Source: Amoebophrya sp. A120
Taxonomy: Eukaryota; Protista; Dinoflagellata
Direction: 5' to 3'
DNA: 64,000 bases
Assembly: GCA_905178155.1 (NCBI GenBank)
Contig: CAJINV010000005.1
Span: 7,779,987 to 7,843,986, forward strand
Program-made: the position numbers and the translations under genes
Part shown: positions 56,542 to 64,000 of the stretch, in pieces
Layout of the letters: the number at the start of each line of letters is the position of its first letter
How positions within the stretch are numbered: the first letter of the stretch is position 1
Notes under the pieces: generated by a model
Databases searched by the model: none
What the model saw: the letters and a program-made list of their open reading frames with translations, nothing else
Told to the model about the DNA's origin: nothing

Positions 56542-59500
56542 CTACGCCGCCTTGCTTCCGGCTCCGAACGCCGATTTGCTCCCACCACCAAACGCCGCCT
56601 TTCCCCCTCCAAAAGCCGACTTACTCCCGCCGCCAAACGCCGCACTGCCGCCGCCAAACGCCGACTTACTGCCCGCCCCACCGCCGAACGCCGCACTGCC
56701 GCCGCCAAACGCCGACTTACTGCCCGCCCCACCGCCGAACGCCGCACTGCCGCCGCCAAAGCCCGCTTTGCTGCCGCCTTGAAACGCGGAGGAGCCACCG
56801 CCGAATATTGTGACGAAAAATTTCCCCTCCCCATATTGAAAGCGCCTCCGTCCGAAAATTTGTGATGCAGATTTGTGGCCACAAATCCTGTCTGTCTTGC
56901 AAGGAGGCAAAGGCAGAGAGTCCGCCGCATTATGCAGGCGGTTTGTGATGCTGTTGGGCTTACAGCATAGACATTCGTCATGCTAGTCGCCTACAGCAAA
57001 ACCTCTCGCCTCAGGCTTGGCATATGCCGGCAGTACTCTCCAGCAAGACAGACCTGATTTGTGTACGCAAATCCAGCATGGGAAACCTCGTTTCGATATG
57101 GGGAGGGAGGATTTTTCCCTTTGATACCGAACGCGGGTGCTCCGCCTCTGTCCGACCTTGCACTGTTCGGCGGCTCGGGCGCTGCTTTCGCCTCAAACCC
57201 GCCGGCGCCCTCGCCTTCTTGCGCTTCCACCGCTTCTTGGGCAGCCTTAATTTGCGCGATCCGCTTCGCTATGCATTGCAAATATCATCTCTGGGTCTGG
57301 AAGAGTTCGAATTTGTGATGCGCAGGCTACATCATGGCAAAATCTGTCATGCATGGCTAGCAAAAGGCCGCAGTTTCTTGTTACCGAAAGAAGGGATTTG
57401 TAATGCGGATTAGGCATTGGGGTACTACCTGCTCAGAATCTGTGATGCTAGAGCTTGCATGCCAGACGATCTGGGTCGGGCAAAAACTGCATGACAGATC
57501 TCGCATTCTTACAGACCCCAAGAACATATTTGCATTCGATATCCGCCTCCTCCCGTTTCCGTTCGAGTTCCTCCTTTCTCAACGCTCTCCTGTGCAAAAG
57601 CATCGTCTTTAACTTGTATTGCAAACATGCATCACATCAGAAAAAAAAATTCCAATTTTGTTAAGGTAAAAACGCACGCCGTTCGTGCTAATTCGAGTCA
57701 TTTTAGTGCAAAACTGGTCTTGTTAAGTCAAAAACAACAAAAACGACGGAAAAGCGCACGGCGGGGCCACTTAGTTAAGCGCTAAAATTGCCCCCATGTG
57801 CGAAAATGCGACAAAAAAACGAAAAAAGTCGCGAACTGATGAAAGTAACGACGTAAGTGCGCATAAGGGCACATTCGCAAAGAGCTGCGAAATTCGAAAA
57901 AAAGTGCCAACTTTCTTAAGGTACAAACGCACCTTTTTGGTGCTAATTCGACTCATTTCACTGCAGAACAGGCCTTGTTAAGTCAAAAAGAACGAAATAA
58001 ACGGAAAAGCGCACGGCGGGGCCACCTAGTTAAGCCTAAAAATTGCGCAAATTTGCCAAAATGCAAAAACTAAGGCGGAAAGGGCGCAAATTTCTTAAAA
58101 TAAGCACAAAAGTGCGCCACTTTGCGCATTCTCCAAAAATGCGCAAAATCGCAACAAGGCGCGCGCCTATGATTTTGCAGCGGTTCGCAGCGCGTTGGCG
58201 CTGTCGCACCCGTAGAGCTAACTCCCGACAGTTTGGTCGTACTTAGGACCACAATGCGCCAAAAGAGCTCCCATCAGCTCAAAAAGGTGCGCAAATGCAC
58301 CAACAGACGCAAACTAAAGCAAAAACGGTCGCAAAGCCATCGAAATAGGCGCAAAAGTGCAACGCTTTGCAAATTCTCCAAAAAGGCGCAGAAGCGCGAC
58401 AAGGCGCGCGCCGATGATTTTGCAGGAGCAAGTCCGCAGAGCGGTGGCGCTATCGCATCCGCCAGGTCGATTCCAGATAGTTTGGCCGTTCTGAGGACCA
58501 AAATGCGCCAAAAAAATTCCTCCAGCTTAAAAAGGCACAAAAACGCGACGAAGTGAACAAAATACGGCAAGCAGGCGGCGAAAATAACCAGCCCCAGGCA
58601 GTTTGTTCGTTTTTAGGCCCAAAATGCGCCGGAAAAGCTCCGCATAGCTCGAAAAGGCGCAAAAACGCAACAAAATGAACGAAGTACGGCAAAAAAGCAG
58701 CGGAAAGACACCCAAAAAGGAAGACGAAGGCAAAACATGGACAGCGTTGCCACTTTTAGCGTAAAACCTTAGCAACCGCGGCGCCTCTCATGGATGCTTG
58801 GTAAGTCGGCGCTGGCACTGCAGCGCAGCAAGGATAGTAAGTCCACAAATGCAGACAAGGAGCGAAAAACGCCGCCGCGTCACTGTTCTGCGCCCTGAAG
58901 TGAAGATAAACGCCACACGACCAACGCGCGAAACGAAAAACGCCAGAAAATAAAATGCCCGCAACAAGAAGCAGGCCGCTGGCTGACACGCCGAACCGGC
59001 CTCCGGGGTTGCATTACATGGAAAACCAACGAAGAGCCTCACTTGGTGCTAATTCAGGGCGCTTACGCGAAGCAGTCGCGCCACTAGCTCTGGAAGCAAA
59101 GTGCGAAAGACACAGCCGGCGCCGCGTGGTTTGCCCCGCGAAAATTTCGACACGAAAAAGAGGAACGGGGCGCCAACTGCAGAGGCGGGCTGCTCTTCAT
59201 GTTCCTACTGCCATAAAATAGCAAAAATGCAAAAAAAGCCCCGGCAAAATAAAGCACAAAGCGCCACGGAGCCGCGCGCCTTAGCTCCGACATGGAGACC
59301 CGCGCCGCGCGGGCAACATAAAAAACGCACAACACCCCAAAGGCGCCCACGTCAGCACGCGAGCCGGTGGCGGGGAAAACGAATCGCCTGCCGAGGCTAC
59401 ACTACACGCAAAGAAAGAAAACGCCGAAGGGGCAGGGCAAAGTCAAGCCTTTCGCGAACATGGGGAGGGCGAAGCCCCCCGGCAGCGCAAGCTTGCGCGC

Positions 59501-62500
59501 GCTGCAAAAATTAAAAGTGTTTCTCTTTTCATTTTTTCAAATATTCATCACCTAAAATCTCGGGCGGTGCTCGACTCAAATCTCTTGGGGAGTACTCGTA
59601 GTAATTGCAATAATGCATTACAAATCTCCATCCCAAGGTAAAACAGCATGACAAATTCCATTTGTCATGCTGAGGTAATTTGTAATGCAATTACTACTAG
59701 TACGTTGCTTTTGCAGTTCATAAACGCTTCCAGCTCCCGAATTTCCTCCCACTTCGGGTGCTCGCGTATGGATCTGTCAGGATTGAAATCGTCAAAGTTG
59801 AAATGATTTGCCATGCATAAAATGCAAGACATGAAGCGCCTGTCTTGCCGGGATGACAAGTGAGGCAGATTGTGAGCCTATTTAGGGCTTGGAATAGAGC
59901 TTCTAAAGGAGCATGACAAAAGCAGTCTTCTGTGCCCAAACAGCATGACAAATTGGATTCCGGTGCTCCAAAAATTTGTCATGCGCCGCATGGAAATTGG
60001 GCTTTCAACTGGTATCCATTTTATGCATGACAAATCATTTCAACTTTGTCGATTTCAAACCTGACGCTTCCATATCGCGCAGCTCGCCGGTAAATTTGTG
60101 CCGGTTGATGTAGAGGAGGGTGAGAATCAGCCAGAAAATCTGAAAACCGAGCAAATACCGCACGCCCGCTTTCCAGTGGTAGCCGGGTCCGTCGCTCCAG
60201 ACCGCCAGGGCGTCACACCAAGTGCGATTGTGGAGGAAGGATTGTCCGAGCTTGTAGGTGATCTCGATGTCTTCATAGTCGTAGTCAAATGAATCCCCTT
60301 TCCCAGCGAGCGTGTCGAAAACGGTGTTTGACGACGAGTCGCTTGAAGATTCTGTTGCTCCGCCAGCGTCATCTTCAGTGTTGCTTTCTACAGCCTCCCC
60401 GACATCCTCATCAGCAGCAGCAGCGTCCTCTGCGTCTCCTATGGGAGTGTCAGGTTTGAAATCGTCAAAGTTGAAATAGTTTGTGATGCAAAAAATGCAA
60501 GCCACAAAGTGCTTGTCTTGCTGAGTAGGCAAGGGAGGCAGATTGTAAGCCTGTTGAGGGGTAGCAATAGAGCTGCTAAAGTAGCATGACAAAAGGCGTC
60601 TTCCTTACCCAAACAGCATGACAAACTGGGTCTCGGCTCTTCCCAAATTTGTCATGCGCCACTTAGAAACTGGGTTGCAACTGGCCTCCATTTTATGCAT
60701 CACAAATTATTTCAACTTAGACGATTTCAAACCTGACACCTCCATATCTCCCGTTGCAGAAGTATTATTTCCGTCGTCTTTCTCTGTTTGTAGGAGGGCC
60801 GCGGCCCGAGCGTATCCTGTGCAAAAGTATCGCACTCGTTCGTATAAATGCAAGTCTTGCATTACAAATTTTTTTCTTATCGTAAATCCGCATTACAAAT
60901 TTTATTTCTCATGCGGAGGAAACTTGTAATGCATTTATACGAGTACAATACTTTTGCAGTTCATAGAGCGTGGTCTTCTACAACTTTCGTGGCTTTTGTC
61001 GACGAGTCGTCGGCTCCGCTACTTGGTGATGAAGATGATGCAGTTGGTCGTGACTTCTTCGACGTTTCGCCTCCGCGTTTTCTTTTTCTGTTGCTGGTTT
61101 CCTTTGTCTATGGAAGCGTCAGGATCGAAATTGACAAAATCGAAAAATTTGCGATGCATAAAATGCATGACGCGAAATACGTGTGTTGCAGAGCAGGCAA
61201 GTGAGGCCGATTGTAAGGAGCCTGTTTGGGGTTATAGCTCGAGCTGCTAAAGCAGCAGGAGAGAATCAGTCTTCTTTGCCTAGACAGCATTGCAAGCTGG
61301 ATTTAGGCACCGCCAGAATTTGTCATGCGCCACTTAGAAACTGGGTTCGAACTGGAATCCATTTTATGCATGGCAAATCATTTCGATTTTGTCAATTTCG
61401 ATTCTGACATTTCCATATTCTCCTGTCGCTCCTTCGTATTCTTGTTTCTTGCTTCAATCTCGCTTTTCGCCCGTTGTTCACGATTTCTACGAAGGACGAG
61501 CTACTGCTGAAATTAGTTGCACCCGCGCTCGCTGCAGCATCGGTGTTATTACTCGACCCGCTTGAAGATGATTCTTGCAAATTCGTTGTCGTGAAAACAG
61601 GGAGGAGAGTAATTTTCAAACTGTCGTTGTTCATGGTTTTGAGCCCTTTGTCCTTCTGCTCCTGTAAAATGTGCTTTCTCATGTACCGTTCCACTATGTC
61701 CTCCACCACCGCTGCTTTCCCCGTCGCCTGCAACACCTTGCTAATCGTTTCATCTAGATTCTTCACGTCCACATAGCTCACGTTCTGCAGCATGTTGGCC
61801 CGCTGCAGAACCTCGTCGGGTGAGTTCGACGCAAGATGGATTTGCAGCGCGAACCCGCCCTTGGGGGGGTCGGGTGGCGTTTCCTGGACCACGGGGGCTT
61901 GTTGTTCATCGGCGTCGCTACTGCTGGTAGTTGCGGCTGCTGCACTCCTAGCCGCCAATGAGGAGATGGAGCGTGATCTACTCCTGCTTGATGTTGCACT
62001 TCGCTCTACGAAGCTACTGCTTGTTCCGCTCCCGTTCTCTGCGCCGCCTGACGCTTGTTGATCATCACCACTGGCGTGGGTAACAGCGGACGGCGCCCCA
62101 GTTCCCTTGAAGTGGCCTTCCAGCACGGTGATGTAATTCCCCTCCGAGCTTTTATTTCTGGTATTCTGCCTCCTTTGCTGCAGCCTACTTGAAGTTCTTG
62201 TTCCGCCGGCGGCTTTTGTCTTTCTACTTCTGTCTCTTCGCCCAACGCTATGATGTTTCTTGTCCGCAAAATGATGAAGCAGCGAGTCCGCTCGGGAAAG
62301 CTCACTGCGGATCAGCTTGTCCACTCTACCGTCTCCTCTACTTTCATCGGAGCCTATCGTAGTCTTTGCGTGTTCATTCCTTTCCCGGAAAGACGACGCG
62401 AAGGCTGCCGCAGATGAAGTACTGCTCAGAGATGAAGTAGCAGTACTATCCTGTGCAAAAGTATCGCACTCGTAGTAATTGCGATCATGCATGACAAATA

Positions 62501-63462
62501 TCCCTTTTTAGGTAAATCAGCATTACAAATTCCATTTTTCTTCTTGAAAAAATTTTTTGTGATGCAATTTATACTAGTACGATAACGATACTTTTGCAAT
62601 GCATAAGTACTAGACAATGACAAGGACAAGCTGCTGCTGCTGGAATTACTCGCTCCTACCGCGTCCGAGCCGTCCTCTCCAGCAGCCGCCTCTTCGCTGG
62701 CAGCACCTGTACCTGAACTTTCCCCACCCCCTCCAGCTAGCCTACCATTCAAACTGGCTTCCATGGGCCGCATCATGGTAGTCTGGTTGGTGTTTGTCGC
62801 TGTGCTTAAGCTTACCGCCTGCAACTCCGTTATCGCGTCTTCGGCGACCACCATCCGCATGCTGAAGCTGCTCGCGTGCGCGGGAAGTACTTTCGCCTGG
62901 ATCACCTTCGGCTCCGGGAAAAGAATTTCCAGGTCCTGGGCGGTTTTGTTCTGAATAATCCGGTTCTTCTTCAAGTACACACTCAGCGGGGACGCAAGCG
63001 GCAACGGTGTGCTTTCTGCGCGGGCGGTCTGTCTGGACGAAAAGGAAAAACTGCTTCGCATCCGCTGGTTTTGCTTTGCAGTACTGCGTCGGCTTTTGTT
63101 CGTAGAAGTAGTTTCTTCGAAGAATGAGAGAGACGTGTCGTTCGTACTACTAGCACTTCTACCGGGTAGTTCTCCTTCGTAGACTAGACTAGCACTACCG
63201 GCTTCTACTCCGCTCGTAGTGCTAGACGTAGTTGTAGAAGTAGTTCCTCCTTCCCAATTTTGAAAATCGATATGCATTGCAAAAGTATCGCACTCGTATA
63301 AATGCATTACAAATTTTCTCAGCATGAGAAATAAAAGTTGTAATGCGGATTTACCTTGAGAACGAGATTTGTAATGCATGACTGCAATTACTACGAGTAC
63401 GATACTTTTGCACAGGATAATCGACCTCCCCCTGCAAAATCGATTCGTAGGGGACCGTGCTC
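56542..63462 (-). CDS. S/T-rich single-pass membrane protein with coiled-coil and SAFGGG-repeat tail, 5' end beyond window; 10 introners
   Basis: Frame restored at 9 complete junctions. TM YLLGFQIFWLILTLLYI, then REHPKWEEIRELEALRKEELERKREEAERIAQ, then GSAAFGGGAGSKSAFGGG repeats to the stop at 56542. Confidence 0.75.
56806..57126. mobile_element. Introner family H
   Basis: TIR; DR ccgaa. Confidence 0.9.
57270..57541. mobile_element. Introner family A
   Basis: TIR; DR ttcgc/tccgc. Confidence 0.88.
57586..59722. mobile_element. Introner family E with ~2-kb nested insertion
   Basis: TCT...ATA ends; DR aacgc; joins ELEA|LRKEE. Confidence 0.82.
57650..59590. mobile_element. ~2-kb unclassified repetitive insertion within an introner
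   Basis: Separates the halves of E introner 57586-59722; internal ~120-bp direct repeats (57661-57780 / 57916-58035); ends not defined. Confidence 0.5.
59767..60074. mobile_element. Introner family D
   Basis: TIR; DR tcgcg. Confidence 0.9.
60440..60746. mobile_element. Introner family D
   Basis: TIR; DR tctcc. Confidence 0.92.
60813..60965. mobile_element. Introner family E
   Basis: TIR; DR gagcg. Confidence 0.92.
61109..61417. mobile_element. Introner family D
   Basis: TIR; DR ttgtc/ttctc. Confidence 0.9.
62447..62605. mobile_element. Introner family E
   Basis: TIR; DR agtac. Confidence 0.9.
63271..63419. mobile_element. Introner family E
   Basis: TIR; DR atcga. Confidence 0.92.
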
Positions 63463-64000
63463 TATCACGTGCAAAAGTGTCTGGGTCTGGAAGAGTTGGA
63501 ACTTGTGATGCGAATTCTGGAATAGGCAAAAATTTGTATTGCATAAGCACCAAAAGCTTCCCATTTCTTGCTACGCAAATAGGGAATGTATTAAGGTCGC
63601 GCCCGGAGGGCGATATTGGTAACCAAATGCGTGCGCGAAAATCTAAGCAGCGCGAAGGCCCACCAACCTTTTTCTAACATCGCCGCGGCCCGCGCCGCGA
63701 AAGCGCGGCCTCCTGGCCAGCAAGCCAGGAAGCCGCGTGGCCAGGAAGCTATGTGGCAACAACTACTGTCGCCCGCGGCGGCGCGGACAACTACTGTCGC
63801 CCGCGGCGGCCCGCAGGCTCCTGCGATAAGCATTGAAGGCGAAATCCGGTCTGCTATTTCGCAGCGGGGCATCCTTTCTAGCCCCCTGCATGACAAACTG
63901 GCCTCCTGGCCAGGAAGCTATGTGGCCGGGGGGGGGCAAGCCCCCCCCGGACCCCCCCCATCCACTTTCGCAGCGGGGCACTCTTTCTAGCCCCCTGCAT
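63463..64000. mobile_element. Introner family A, left half only (interrupted, runs off window)
   Basis: TATCACGTGCAAAAGTGTCTGGGTCTGGAAG start. Confidence 0.75.
63589..64000. mobile_element. GC-rich repetitive insertion in an introner, truncated by window end
   Basis: A-family similarity stops at ~63588; internal duplications, e.g. 63857-63891 / 63966-64000. Confidence 0.5.

Noticed and set aside
1-64000. Dinoflagellate spliced-leader relics, tRNA or rRNA genes
   Set aside because: No CCGTAGCCATTTTGGCTCAAG match or convincing RNA gene seen by eye; a tRNAscan/Infernal run would be needed to exclude them.

Overview
Eukaryotic genomic DNA, most consistent with a syndinean parasite such as Amoebophrya (inferred from intron style, not proven). 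Four minus-strand host genes are present. (1) A 3'-truncated low-complexity DPF-motif protein. (2) An alpha/beta hydrolase, 8725->2546. (3) A ~39-kb gene, 51051->~11936, encoding TM + divergent kinase-like domain + Arg-triplet region + TSP1 + Cys-rich repeats. (4) A 5'-truncated single-pass membrane protein ending at 56542. Genes 2-4 are interrupted by 63 introner-like elements of about nine families, mostly 125-390 bp, with TAT...ATA inverted-repeat ends and 5-bp flanking direct repeats (DR). Removing each element plus one DR restored the reading frame at every complete junction I traced by hand. All families share an internal TTGT(C/G/A)ATGC motif and they occur in both orientations. One introner contains a 17.1-kb degenerate Ty1/copia LTR retrotransposon (CTAG TSD) whose pol carries a DUF4326-like domain. 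That element in turn holds four TCAGG...CCTGR TIR elements with 6-bp duplications. Family letters A-I are my own labels, and coordinates were counted by hand.
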